Origin: Obrimoposthia wandeli
Lineage: Eukaryota
Assembly: GCA_977020255.1 (NCBI GenBank)
Contig: CDROCS010004653.1
Location: forward strand, 62,001-126,000
Direction of reading: 5' to 3'
Length of the DNA: 64,000 bases
Shown here in pieces: positions 21,248 to 31,491 of this stretch. The notes under the pieces were generated by a model. It was not told where the DNA came from and did not search any database. It was given only the letters and a program-made list of their open reading frames with translations. Numbering within the stretch: position 1 is the stretch's first letter; the number at the start of each line of letters is the position of its first letter. A program made the position numbers and the translations under genes.

Positions 21248-21316
21248 CTCAATCTCAATCTCAATCTCAATCTCAATCTCAATCTCAATCTCAATCTCAA
21301 TCTCAATCTCAATCTC
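21248..21316. repeat. Hexanucleotide microsatellite, 11 perfect AATCTC units plus CTC
   Basis: Counted directly: AATCTC x11 from 21251 to 21316; intergenic, about 240 bp upstream of fdhA. Confidence 0.97.
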
Positions 21317-21530
21317 ATCAGGCTAGATCCTCTCCAGCACTTGCTCAAGAATAGGTAATAAAAAAAGATATCGTCGCCAACTCAAGCGTTTATCTACATA
21401 TCCTGTGGCCGCTAACCTAACTATCGCTCGATACGTTATACAGAGGTTTCAATATGGCACTATTTAATGCAATAGTGGGCATATACAAGTAGCACGAAAA
21501 AATCTGTCATATTTCTTTTAGGTATCATTT

Positions 21531-21812
21531 ATGAATTTGGATAAATCAACAAAGCGCATAGCAAAGAGAGTTAAAAAAGGATTCCAAGGTTACCCACAAA
21601 TTTCAATCGCCTATTTTGGCGAAACGACTAGCTGTGCGTCTCTAGTTGTCGTGAGTTTTACAGCGCAAGAAGGTGCGGCTGCAGACGAACAAAAATTATC
21701 AAGTAAAGGCGATGCTAGAAAAGATGAAGCGATTCAAACTATATTATTAAAAATCATTGAGCGCGCAGAGGCCAAAACGGTTTTGGAAATTGAGGGCATT
21801 GCTATTATCTAA
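21531..21812 (+). CDS. Hypothetical protein
   Basis: 93-aa ORF with AGGT RBS and natural-looking composition (KGFQGYPQISIAYFG); family not recognised. Confidence 0.7.
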   Translation: MNLDKSTKRIAKRVKKGFQGYPQISIAYFGETTSCASLVVVSFTAQEGAAADEQKLSSKGDARKDEAIQTILLKIIERAEAKTVLEIEGIAII

Positions 21813-21891
21813 TAATGCAGTGAGCCATTAGCTAAAAAATAAGTACGCAAGGCAAACTAGAGTGGATCCATATTGCAATGATTGAACTACC

Positions 21892-22722
21892 ATGAATAGC
21901 TGGAAACGCCTACCACGAGATTCAAGCGTCGCTAAGTATGTTGAATGTTACTGGCTTCTTGAAAAAGAACATGATGATGTCGCCAGTCTTCATCCTAAAT
22001 TGAATCCGAATGCGAACACTCATTTAATTCTGGCGAGCGATGCTGAAAAGTACCACTTTTCCCAAGGAAAAATACTGCAAACAGGGTATGGAAGTCACTG
22101 GATATTCCCACATAAAAAAACATTTGTGATGGATCACTCACAACCCTTTCTTATACTCGGTATCAAATTTAAAGTAGGTGCGCTCTATTCCCTTAGCTAT
22201 CTGTCCCCTCAGCTTAACCTAGATAACGTTGTTAAAGTTTGCATCAATGATCTGTTGAAGTCAGATTCGTTTAATTTATCGGCTCTACTAGCCCAAGCGG
22301 TTGAATCACCTGAGAAAGCTTGTAATATTCTTGACCAATCACTGCGGCCTTTACTACTCGACAGCCACGAAGATAAACACAGTGCGCTTATATTACGAGC
22401 TCTACCTTTACTTGCTGACTCTCCTATCTGCAACATAGGAGAGCTTTTGCATTGCTCCCAACGCACCATCGAACGGGCTTTTCTACGGGTAACTAAACTT
22501 ACTTTAAAACAGTATAAATCGATGGTTCGACTAGAACAGGTATTGAGCTATCTATACAACCTGCCAGGTGAGAGTATCAATTGGGCACAAGTCGCTAATC
22601 AATTCGAATTTAGCGATCAACCACATTTAATTCGCTATCTAAAGAGCACTATTGGTGCAACGCCCGGTGACTATTTACGACAGCGAGACCTCACGATTGA
22701 TGTCTACGGAGATTTTGAATAA
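21892..22722 (+). CDS. AraC-family transcriptional regulator (DUF6597-type N-terminus)
   Basis: VECYWLLE N-terminus; SQRTIERAF and WAQVANQFEFSDQPHLIRYLK HTH motifs. Confidence 0.9.
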   Translation: MNSWKRLPRDSSVAKYVECYWLLEKEHDDVASLHPKLNPNANTHLILASDAEKYHFSQGKILQTGYGSHWIFPHKKTFVMDHSQPFLILGIKFKVGALYSLSYLSPQLNLDNVVKVCINDLLKSDSFNLSALLAQAVESPEKACNILDQSLRPLLLDSHEDKHSALILRALPLLADSPICNIGELLHCSQRTIERAFLRVTKLTLKQYKSMVRLEQVLSYLYNLPGESINWAQVANQFEFSDQPHLIRYLKSTIGATPGDYLRQRDLTIDVYGDFE

Positions 22723-22820
22723 TACAGGCATACTGTCGTTTTTTTTCAATCAACGCTTGATCGACGCCATTAAGCTTACCACTTGAAATTGAGCTTCTTT
22801 AAAGAACTGTAGAGATAAAC

Positions 22821-23270
22821 ATGAATACAAAAATTAGGCAGTACCAAGTCAATGATCTAATCGATTTAATGGCGACATGGGAAAATGCCAATAATTTAGC
22901 CCACCCTTTTTTGCATGAAGATTTTGTAGCACAAGTAAGAAAAGATATCCCAGCGCTATATTTACCCAATGCTGACACATGGGTTGTAGAAGTTAACCAT
23001 CGCGTTGTTGGATTTATAGCGCTAATTGGGAATGAGGTTGGCGCTATATTTGTTCAACCTGACCATCAAGGTAAGAAATTAGGCAAAATGATGATGGATA
23101 AGGCTCAAGAACTACATGGCGATATCGAACTGGAAGTTTTTAGGAACAATTCTATTGGACGTAAGTTTTACTCAAATTATGGCTTTAAGTTACTTGAAGA
23201 AAAGTCACATGCACCAACGGGTGAAACGGTGTTACGATTGAAGTTTAGTACTAACCAAGAGCCGCTCTAA
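22821..23270 (+). CDS. GNAT-family N-acetyltransferase (YjaB-like)
   Basis: AHPFL, VVGFIAL, IFVQPDHQGKKLG, GRKFYSNYGF. Confidence 0.9.
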   Translation: MNTKIRQYQVNDLIDLMATWENANNLAHPFLHEDFVAQVRKDIPALYLPNADTWVVEVNHRVVGFIALIGNEVGAIFVQPDHQGKKLGKMMMDKAQELHGDIELEVFRNNSIGRKFYSNYGFKLLEEKSHAPTGETVLRLKFSTNQEPL

Positions 23271-23289
23271 CTAATATTATATAATCCAT

Positions 23290-23441
23290 CATCGCTGTCC
23301 AGTTAAAAAATGTAAGCCTTCTAACTCATTGATTTGTGGTTTTCTATCATGGAAAAATAGATTTTTTTTGCTCAGGAGTATTTTCCGTTAACGTAAAATC
23401 AATGAGTTAGAGAACAACAAAAATTAAACCGAACACTAATG
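23290..23441 (+). mobile_element. 152-bp MITE, copy B (no target-site duplication)
   Basis: catcgctgtccagttaa...ttaaaccgaacactaatg, homologous to copies A and C; flanks ataatccat / attactcaa do not match. Confidence 0.85.
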
Positions 23442-23477
23442 ATTACTCAATCCAAGTCGAATATATATAACAGGTGC

Positions 23478-23512
23478 TAATGCTGAACTCTCTACCTGTG
23501 TGTTCAGCATTA
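23478..23512. terminator. Perfect 11-bp stem-loop downstream of GNAT/MITE B; terminator or operator
   Basis: taatgctgaac-N13-gttcagcatta. Confidence 0.45.
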
Positions 23513-23608
23513 ATTCATAACTAGATAGTTATGTTGAGTAATACATTAAATGGTCATATTTTCTGAATAGACTGAGCAATGCTAAAACAACAAATAATAG
23601 GATAGGGA

Positions 23609-24946
23609 ATGTTAAAAGTGAGCAATGCAATCGTATGTGCTGTCGTTAGTTCGACGTTATTGGCCAATCCGATCGACCAAATTCGCCCTGATGCACCAGA
23701 GCTAGCCAAGTTTGGAGAATATTCAGTTGGTGTGCAAACAGTAACTCTCTCTAATAAAAATCAACTTGATGTATTGTCCATTGATAAAGATACAGGAAAA
23801 CAGTCACCTCGTTACGATCGTCCATTAACGTTAGAAGTATGGTATCCAACGTCTACTGAACCCTCGAAAAGAGGGGAATATAAAGATGTTTACCTAAGAG
23901 ATGGTGAAACAAAGGTTACTTTAACCGGCCGCGCTCAACGCGATGCCGCGCCTATTAGAACAACCGATGCTTTCCCTTTAATCATTATTTCTCATGGCTA
24001 TCCGGGGAATCGTTTGTTAATGAGTCACTTGGGGGAAAATTTTGCTTCCAAAGGCTACGTTGTCGCATCGATTGATCATACGGACAGTACTTATGAGAAC
24101 AAACAAGCATTTGGTAGTACTTTAGTGAACAGACCTCTTGATCAAATGTTTGTGTTAAATGAAATGGAGCGCTTTTCTAAAACAGCTGGCCATTTTCTAG
24201 AAGGCATTGTTAATGCGAATCAAACGGGCTTAATTGGCTATTCTATGGGCGGATACGGCGCCGTGATTTCAGCGGGAGCTGGGGTGACGCAACAGAGTAT
24301 TGATTATACTTGGGGCGCTGCCAACGGATCATTAAGTGCTCATAAAGCGGGTAGTAAAACACACAGTGATTTGCTCGATTCAAGACTAAAAGCGGTGGTA
24401 GCCTTTGCTCCTTGGGGAAAAAATCATGATTTTTGGGATAAAAAAGGCCTGGAAGGCATAAAAATTCCAATGATGTACATTGCCGGATCAGATGATGATA
24501 CTTCAGGTTATGACAATGGCGTTAAATCGTTATATGAGGATAGTGTAAATGCAGACCGTTATTTATTAACTTATCATTTTGCTAATCATAATGCAGGCGC
24601 ACCGATGCCTGCACCTAAGGAGTCATGGGAATACAGTGAGGCGATTGGTTTCGCCCCTTTTGAGCATTATGCCGACCCCGTGTGGGACTCAGTAAGAATG
24701 AACAATATTGCTCAACATTTCTCTACCGCATTTATGGACGTTTATTTAAAGGATCTGCAAGAAAAATCGGCCTATTTGGATTTAACGCCACATTCTAAAG
24801 ATGGCGTTTACAGCCTTGATGAGCAGGAAAAACCAACCAAAAAACATACTTATTGGCTTGGTTTCCCTAACGAGAGTGCCAAAGGGTTAAGTTTGGAATT
24901 TAAAGCACGACAACCATCTGGAAAAACGGCGAAGCCGGAAAGTTAA
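23609..24946 (+). CDS. Secreted alpha/beta hydrolase (PAF-acetylhydrolase/dienelactone hydrolase-like)
   Basis: Signal peptide; ISHGYPG oxyanion loop, GYSMGG nucleophile elbow, AGSDDD acid, ANHN histidine. Confidence 0.85.
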   Translation: MLKVSNAIVCAVVSSTLLANPIDQIRPDAPELAKFGEYSVGVQTVTLSNKNQLDVLSIDKDTGKQSPRYDRPLTLEVWYPTSTEPSKRGEYKDVYLRDGETKVTLTGRAQRDAAPIRTTDAFPLIIISHGYPGNRLLMSHLGENFASKGYVVASIDHTDSTYENKQAFGSTLVNRPLDQMFVLNEMERFSKTAGHFLEGIVNANQTGLIGYSMGGYGAVISAGAGVTQQSIDYTWGAANGSLSAHKAGSKTHSDLLDSRLKAVVAFAPWGKNHDFWDKKGLEGIKIPMMYIAGSDDDTSGYDNGVKSLYEDSVNADRYLLTYHFANHNAGAPMPAPKESWEYSEAIGFAPFEHYADPVWDSVRMNNIAQHFSTAFMDVYLKDLQEKSAYLDLTPHSKDGVYSLDEQEKPTKKHTYWLGFPNESAKGLSLEFKARQPSGKTAKPES

Positions 24947-25073
24947 GTATCCATTTTAACCGCCTTTTCGCCAATAACATCACGAAGGTATAGTATTAGG
25001 AATTAATGAAAAACTATCCCTTCGCTGTTTCGTTCAAACTCATATTCAGACTATAGCTAAATGCTGTGCTCCA

Positions 25074-26117
25074 TTAGTCGCGTAATTGCTGATAGTGTTG
25101 GTCCTGTATTGATAAGCCCACTTTTTGACCTAACTGCCACTGTTGGTGTGCTACTTTGTTGCTGCGAACCCGTAGTTTCTCATCCCCCACTGCCACTATT
25201 AATTCGATTGCAGCACCCAAATCTCGAGACAATTCTAAAGTACCTATAGGCATACCCAAAGCTTGATCAGGGGCTACTAAGTCGATGTTTTCAGCGCGTA
25301 GTGCAACTTGCATCTTACTACCTGGTGATTGCTCAATGTCATGTTGTGTTTCTATCCCCAACAGAGCCAACTTACCATCCTTTGTGGCAGAGCCGCGAAT
25401 TAGATTTGCACCGAAAAAATCGGCGACAAAGACATTACTCGGTTCGCGATAAACGGATGCAGGGCTTCCCGCCTGCTGAATCCCTCCCCCGTTTAAAATA
25501 ACCACTTTATCAGCTAACATCATTGCTTCTTGCTGATCGTGGGTAACCAATATCGTGGTTACGCCAAATTTCTGTTGTAGTTGACGCAATTCAATTTGCA
25601 TAGCATCTCGCAACTTTGCATCCAATGCTGACAAAGGTTCATCCAAGAGGAATAGTTTTGGCTGTACAGCGAGTGCTCTAGCGATCGCGACTCGCTGGCG
25701 CTGTCCGCCTGATAGCTCTGCTATCGCTCTATCAGCAACTTGGGGTAGATCAATCATCGCCAGTAGCTCATCTACTCGGTCACGCTGTTTAGCGCCGCTG
25801 ATGCCCCGTAGCTTTAAACCATAGCTAATATTTTGCGCCACACTCATGTGCGGGAAAAGCGCAAGTGATTGAAATACCATACCAAAGTCGCGTTTATTGG
25901 GCGCTATTTGAGAAATATTTTGCCCGTCCAGTAATAGCTGCCCACTACTGGCTTGTTCAAACCCAGCGATAATACGCAACAAAGTGGTTTTCCCACAACC
26001 CGATGGGCCCAAAAGGCACACAAACGAGCCTCGTTCAATTTCTAAATCTATGTTTTGTAGGGCATTAACCACGCCATATTTTTTACTGATATTATCAATC
26101 TTCAGATGAACATCCAT
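25074..26117 (-). CDS. PotA-type ABC transporter ATP-binding protein
   Basis: GPSGCGKT, LSGGQRQRVAIARAL, LLDEPLSALD, TOBE-like C-terminus; ATG 26117 has an AAGGT RBS. Confidence 0.92.
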   Translation of the reverse strand: MDVHLKIDNISKKYGVVNALQNIDLEIERGSFVCLLGPSGCGKTTLLRIIAGFEQASSGQLLLDGQNISQIAPNKRDFGMVFQSLALFPHMSVAQNISYGLKLRGISGAKQRDRVDELLAMIDLPQVADRAIAELSGGQRQRVAIARALAVQPKLFLLDEPLSALDAKLRDAMQIELRQLQQKFGVTTILVTHDQQEAMMLADKVVILNGGGIQQAGSPASVYREPSNVFVADFFGANLIRGSATKDGKLALLGIETQHDIEQSPGSKMQVALRAENIDLVAPDQALGMPIGTLELSRDLGAAIELIVAVGDEKLRVRSNKVAHQQWQLGQKVGLSIQDQHYQQLRD

Positions 26118-26134
26118 ACTTTTTACCTTATCAA

Positions 26135-26980
26135 TCAAAACAGGCTCGAGCGCCCGGCAATGATTTTATCGATTGTAACTATTAAAATAACATCCACTAA
26201 AACGATCAGTACCGATAGTGCCAGAGTCGATGGATCTAAAGAGGAAACTGTTCGGCTGTACATCCAGATAGGCAAAGTACTTACATCAATGGTGTACATG
26301 AAGAAGGTGATGGTGAACTCATTAAAGGAGATAATCAGCGCGAAGATCATACCGGCCAATATACCGGGTTTCATCAGCGGGATTACCACATCTATGGCCG
26401 CTTTGAATGGCGAGGCTCCCAGTGATATCGCCGCTTCTTCTAATTCGCGGTTTATGCCGTTCATGGCACTTAAGCAGTTGCGCAATACAAAGGGGATCAC
26501 CAGTGCTAAGTGAGGAATCACTAGCCGCCAAATGCCCATTTCCCAACGTAAACTCTCTGCTATTAGCAAAAAGGCGATACCCAGTATGACCAGTGGAAAC
26601 ACCAGCGGTAAAGTGAATAACAACTCCATTCCAGCCTTAATTCTACCGGGGCCACTTCTGGCTAAAGCATAGGCTAGTGGTACTGTGACTAAAGCGGATA
26701 TCAGCATCACTAACGCGGCTATTTTCAAGCTAGTAAATAGTGACCCAACGGCTGTATGGGCTGAGGAGCTATCCTCAGTGGTCAGCATTTGAACTACGAC
26801 TTCATACCAGTGTAATGAAAAGTCAGTGGGCGGAAATCGTACACTATCGGTACCAGAAAATGACATTAACGTGATAATTAAAACGGGTAGAACCGCAATC
26901 AACAATCCAATACTCGCTAGCAACATGATGACGAATTTATAACTTCCTCCCCCTTCACTGGGTAACAGTGCGATACGCAT
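26135..26980 (-). CDS. PotC-type ABC permease
   Basis: FPPTDFSLHWY, LEEAAISLGASP EAA loop, SFNEF, TLPIWMY. Confidence 0.9.
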   Translation of the reverse strand: MRIALLPSEGGGSYKFVIMLLASIGLLIAVLPVLIITLMSFSGTDSVRFPPTDFSLHWYEVVVQMLTTEDSSSAHTAVGSLFTSLKIAALVMLISALVTVPLAYALARSGPGRIKAGMELLFTLPLVFPLVILGIAFLLIAESLRWEMGIWRLVIPHLALVIPFVLRNCLSAMNGINRELEEAAISLGASPFKAAIDVVIPLMKPGILAGMIFALIISFNEFTITFFMYTIDVSTLPIWMYSRTVSSLDPSTLALSVLIVLVDVILIVTIDKIIAGRSSLF

Positions 26981-27825
26981 TACGAAACTCCTCTCTTGCT
27001 AACTGTATTAACTAGGCGCAGTGAAAGCAGCATAATGCACAAAGTAACAACAATTAGAACCATGCCTGCAGCTGCAGCACCAGACCAATTGAATAGCGGT
27101 GAAATCATGTCTCTAATAGCGACACCCAACATTTGTACTTTGCGCCCCCCTAATAATAGCGGGATGGCAAAGGCACTGGCGTTATAGGCGAAAACAATGG
27201 TGGCAGCACTGATTAATCCGGGTTTAAGCAGTGGTAAACTCACCTGAAAAAAGCATTGCCAGTGGCTGGCGCCTAAACTACTGGCGGCCTCTAAGTGCTC
27301 AGTTGAAACACCACGCATAGCGCTAAGAATTGGAAATACTGCCAAAGGTAGTGCCGTTTGAATCAACCCCAGCAACACGCCACTCTCGTTGAAAAGTAAC
27401 ATCAGTGGCCGGCTGATAATACCCAACTCTCGCAAGCTAGTATTTAACACTCCGGCTGGGCCGAGCAAAATAATCCAACCGTAAGACTGGATTAGTAAAT
27501 TTAAAATCATCGGCAACAATATCGCGACACTTAAAATGCGACGCACTATTGGGCTTTCGACTGAGGCCAATAATATAGCTAAGGGGATCGCCAGCAATAA
27601 CACGATGACGGTACTAATTGTCGCCAGTTTAAAGGTTACCCAAGCTGAGCGTAGAAAGAAAGGGTCTGCTAATTCAATGTAAGGTTGCAGTGAGAAACCG
27701 CTGATAGAACCACTTTCAGCGGAGATTGAAAATCGAAATATATAGATACAAGCTCCGATAAAAGGGGCTATGGCCAGTAATGCAGGCAAGCAAAGAAGTA
27801 GCATTTTAGGCCTTGAAACGCCCAT
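26980..27825 (-). CDS. PotB-type ABC permease
   Basis: SYGWIILLGPAGVLN, LEAASSLGAS, PLLLGG; ATG 27825 has an AGGAG RBS (ORF track extends to 27885). Confidence 0.9.
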   Translation of the reverse strand: MGVSRPKMLLLCLPALLAIAPFIGACIYIFRFSISAESGSISGFSLQPYIELADPFFLRSAWVTFKLATISTVIVLLLAIPLAILLASVESPIVRRILSVAILLPMILNLLIQSYGWIILLGPAGVLNTSLRELGIISRPLMLLFNESGVLLGLIQTALPLAVFPILSAMRGVSTEHLEAASSLGASHWQCFFQVSLPLLKPGLISAATIVFAYNASAFAIPLLLGGRKVQMLGVAIRDMISPLFNWSGAAAAGMVLIVVTLCIMLLSLRLVNTVSKRGVS

Positions 27826-28179
27826 CAAATATCTCCTATGTAGATAGTTTATATCCAAAAAAACTGACTTTTGAGAACGCTTCAAGCGATCAATTTGTAC
27901 ACCACTAGATAATTACTTGGAAAAACCAAGCGCTCATATCTAACGATACTCATATTGAACCTAAGAATAGCTCTCGTTACAGCCCCATTTAAGGATAAAA
28001 ACTAGAAAGTAAATCGTCGCTTTAACACTAAGGCGACTAAAGAATACTGGACAGCCACAACTATTACCTTGGAAACTAATATCTTTAAGTTATTACCTTA
28101 AAATATGACAAGTAACAAAGTATTAGTAGTGGCTGTTCTGTTAACTCCAATTAAGCAAGCAATTAGACCTGCAATAACA

Positions 28180-29265
28180 TCAGCTCAAAGTGCGGGTATA
28201 TTGCTTAATCCATTGCTCACGAACATCGGCAATGAAGGCTTTATCATGCACAACGGCATTGCTACCAAGCTGTTCAGGCTTGATAATAAATGGGCTTAAC
28301 TGTGCGGCTTTAGACATAACCGCCTCTTGGTTGATTGGGCCATTTAACACAGCTTCAGCCATCACTCCTTGTACTTTGGCATCCAAGGTGAAATTCATGA
28401 AAGCATGTACTACATCGTCTTCACCCGGCTTGGATTTTGGCATGATGGTATACATCAAATCGGCAAAGAAGCCTTCGTCAAGGTTGTAAGTAGCACCCAT
28501 ATTTGAGTTAGGATTCGCCAACTCTTTAGCAAAAAATGCCGGAGCATATACGCCACCTATATCTAATGCATCAGAGCGGAATAGCTCCGATATTTGAGAA
28601 GGATTTTCACCAAAGGTCAGTAATCGTGGGCGTAGTTCAGCAAGCTTATTGAAAGCTGCTTTTGCATCTGTGCCGTCTCCACCGAGCATTTTAGAAGTTG
28701 CAAATACAGTGTCTAGGGCATCTGTCCAAGTGGCTGGCGGCAGGAATATTCGACCATCATACTGCTCGTCCCACATTTGCTTATAGCTAGTTGGTGGTTC
28801 GCTAAAAGTTTTAGTGTTGTATATTAAGCCGCCTGTCCATAGTAAATAACCAATGCCGTGTCCATCTGCACCGGTGCGAAAACGCGGGTCAACTTTTTGC
28901 AGGTTCGGCAATTTATTGAGATCAGGCTTAGCGAGCAATCCATCTTTTGCTAACTCTACCGCACCAACCCCTGCCAAAGTGATGATATCGTACTGTGCTC
29001 GATCCCCTGCGGCACGCAATTTAGCGACCATTTCCGAGGTGCTACCAGTGCGATCAACAATAACTTTAGCGCCCGTAGCCGCTTCGAATGGCTTGGCTAT
29101 ATTTTCTAACACGGCTAAACCAGTGTTATCTGACCACGTTAATAAGCGAATAGTTTTGCCTTGGTATTGTTTTGTACCTGCCGTGACAATAGCGGGCATC
29201 GCCATCGCCGTCGCAAGACCTATTCCTGCTTTTAGTAAATTTCGTTTTGTTATTTTACTAGTCAT
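28180..29265 (-). CDS. PotD-like ABC substrate-binding protein with Tat-like leader
   Basis: TKRNLLK leader, FEAATGAKV, YDII, first gene of the Pot-type transporter block. Confidence 0.85.
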   Translation of the reverse strand: MTSKITKRNLLKAGIGLATAMAMPAIVTAGTKQYQGKTIRLLTWSDNTGLAVLENIAKPFEAATGAKVIVDRTGSTSEMVAKLRAAGDRAQYDIITLAGVGAVELAKDGLLAKPDLNKLPNLQKVDPRFRTGADGHGIGYLLWTGGLIYNTKTFSEPPTSYKQMWDEQYDGRIFLPPATWTDALDTVFATSKMLGGDGTDAKAAFNKLAELRPRLLTFGENPSQISELFRSDALDIGGVYAPAFFAKELANPNSNMGATYNLDEGFFADLMYTIMPKSKPGEDDVVHAFMNFTLDAKVQGVMAEAVLNGPINQEAVMSKAAQLSPFIIKPEQLGSNAVVHDKAFIADVREQWIKQYTRTLS

Positions 29266-29394
29266 TTCAATTCCTCATCTATGGTTTGTAAGTTTAGCGA
29301 TCTATAGGAGTGACTGTTATAGATAACGCTTTACAACTCCTAACAGCTTCAGGCTGAAGGGCTTATTCATCAGTGCTACTTCTAGAACGAACCT

Positions 29395-30237
29395 TTATTC
29401 TCTCGCCATTAACATTGCGTCTTGCAATACAGGGAGCTTTATTCTTATTTTTTCTTGATCCTCTTTGTTCAAAATTGCCAGCACAAAGCCTGGTTGTGAA
29501 CTCAGTATTTCACTTAATACTTTCCCCCAGGGATCAATTATCATGCTGTGACCATAAGTTTCTTTACCATTAGGATGCATGCCCACTTGGGCCGCAGCAA
29601 TTACCCAGCACTGGTTCTCAATCGCTCTAGCCCTTAATAATATTTCCCAATGGGCCGCGCCAGTCGCTTTTGTAAACGCGGCGGGAAGCGAAATCATATC
29701 CATTCGGCCCTCTCGAAATAGCTCAGGAAAGCGCAGGTCATAACAAATAGCCGAGCGCAAAATACCAAAGGGAGTGATAGTGCTAACTACTTCGCTGCCG
29801 GCAGCTAAAGTGTCTTTTTCTAAATAGGTTTCAGCGCCATCTAACAAGTTAAACAAATGGATTTTATCGTAACGACTAACACACGCTCCACTTGGGTCAT
29901 ATAATAAACTGCTGTTGTAAATATGCTTTGCATCGGGGCCTTTCATAGGCAAAGTACCACCTTGTAACCATATCCCTAGTTCTGCCGCCAATGCTGATAA
30001 AAAATACTGCACTTCTCCGTTATTTGGAGCTTCAGCTAGTGCCAATCTATCGCTGTCATGCATGCCCATTAAATAAAAATATTCTGGTAGCAATATATAT
30101 TCAGCACCGGCTTTTGCCGCTTGAGTAACTAATTCTCTGGCGTTATTCAAGTTCTCCTGTAGATTTGAACCGCTGTTCATTTGCACTGCGCCAACTGTCC
30201 ATTGGGCTAACAATGGCTCTTTACTTACAGTTGGCAA
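29395..30237 (-). CDS. Carbon-nitrogen hydrolase, Nit1-like (deaminated-glutathione amidase/omega-amidase family)
   Basis: Catalytic E-K-C in LPEYF, YDKIHLF, ICYDLRFPE; TGAAHWEILLRARAIENQ and GHSMIIDPWG. Confidence 0.9.
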   Translation of the reverse strand: MPTVSKEPLLAQWTVGAVQMNSGSNLQENLNNARELVTQAAKAGAEYILLPEYFYLMGMHDSDRLALAEAPNNGEVQYFLSALAAELGIWLQGGTLPMKGPDAKHIYNSSLLYDPSGACVSRYDKIHLFNLLDGAETYLEKDTLAAGSEVVSTITPFGILRSAICYDLRFPELFREGRMDMISLPAAFTKATGAAHWEILLRARAIENQCWVIAAAQVGMHPNGKETYGHSMIIDPWGKVLSEILSSQPGFVLAILNKEDQEKIRIKLPVLQDAMLMARE

Positions 30238-31382
30238 AGTTTTTCTCCGGCAGTAATCAGTGCTTTATCTTGTTTGGCGAACGATAAACGTATCAACTTA
30301 TTATCGGTCCCATCTGTATAAAAAGAGGACACAGGTACCGTCGCCACACCACATTCACTAATCAGGTATTGCACAAAATCAGTATCTGACATATCAGAAA
30401 TAGCCGAATAGTCAGCAATGATAAAGAACGCGCCATGACAAGGGAGTAGCTTGAACTTTGATCCCGCTAAACTGGAAATTAACAAGTCGCGCTTATTACG
30501 AAACAACTCTGCTTGGCCTAAGTAAGTTTGTGGATCTTGCATATACTTTGCCAATGCATGCTGCATAGGAGTATCAGCGGCAAAGGTTAAATATTGGTGT
30601 ATTTTTCGAATTTCAACACTAATAGCTTCAGGCGCTAAACAATAACCAATGCGCCAACCAGTGACATTGAAAGACTTGCCAAATGAACTAACGATAACGC
30701 TTCGTTCTGCTAATTTCGGATGTCGAGACATACTATGATGGTCTTGATCGAAAACGACGTGCTCATAGACTTCGTCCGATAAAATGACGATATCAGTGTT
30801 CTCAGTTAAGCTAATCAGTGCATCTATGTCTTGTTGGTTAAGTACGTTACCACTGGGATTATGAGGAGAATTTATAATAATCATGCGTGTTTTGGCATTG
30901 ATTTTAGCCGCGACTTCTTGCCAATCAATCGTAAATAAAGGGGACTGTAATTTGATACTAACAGGAACTGCTCCCTGCAAAAGTACGCTGGGGCTATAAC
31001 TATCAAATGAAGGTTCAAAGTAAATCACTTCATCCCCAGGATGCAACAGCGCCGTTATTGCAGCATACAAACCTTCGCTGGCGCTGGCGGTAATCGTCAC
31101 TTCAGTATCTATATCGTAGTCACAGCCATACAAAGACTTAACCTTTTTAGCGACGCCAGCGCGCAGTGTTTCAACACCCGTCATGGGAGCATATTGATTG
31201 AGCCCAGCGCGCATCGCCAGGCAAGCTTCATCGACCAAAGCATTATCACAAGGGAAGTCAGGTGCTCCCTGCGCTAAATTAATCGCACCGTACTGCTCAG
31301 CCAACTGGGCTATTGTTGCAAATATAGTAGTGCCTACACTGGGTAGTCTAGAGGCGGGGGTTATCGCTGATCGCACATTCAA
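30225..31382 (-). CDS. YbdL-like methionine/glutamine aminotransferase (class I/II PLP)
   Basis: SRLPSVGTTIF, AINLAQGAPDF, NQYAPMTG, LSDEVYEH, SSFGKSFNVTGWRIGY. Confidence 0.9.
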   Translation of the reverse strand: MNVRSAITPASRLPSVGTTIFATIAQLAEQYGAINLAQGAPDFPCDNALVDEACLAMRAGLNQYAPMTGVETLRAGVAKKVKSLYGCDYDIDTEVTITASASEGLYAAITALLHPGDEVIYFEPSFDSYSPSVLLQGAVPVSIKLQSPLFTIDWQEVAAKINAKTRMIIINSPHNPSGNVLNQQDIDALISLTENTDIVILSDEVYEHVVFDQDHHSMSRHPKLAERSVIVSSFGKSFNVTGWRIGYCLAPEAISVEIRKIHQYLTFAADTPMQHALAKYMQDPQTYLGQAELFRNKRDLLISSLAGSKFKLLPCHGAFFIIADYSAISDMSDTDFVQYLISECGVATVPVSSFYTDGTDNKLIRLSFAKQDKALITAGEKLCQL

Positions 31383-31491
31383 TCCTCATAGGTATCTGAT
31401 ATTATTAGAGAGAAGACATAACTAAGGTTGTGTTATGCTGACCTTCAATATTTAAGCAGATTCATTCATAGAAAAGTAACGAGTAATAAAC

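Noticed and set aside
21111-21326. ORF ending in (SI)n
   Set aside because: An artefact of the hexamer repeat; no RBS or homology cue. The (EI)n frame on the minus strand is closed by stops upstream.
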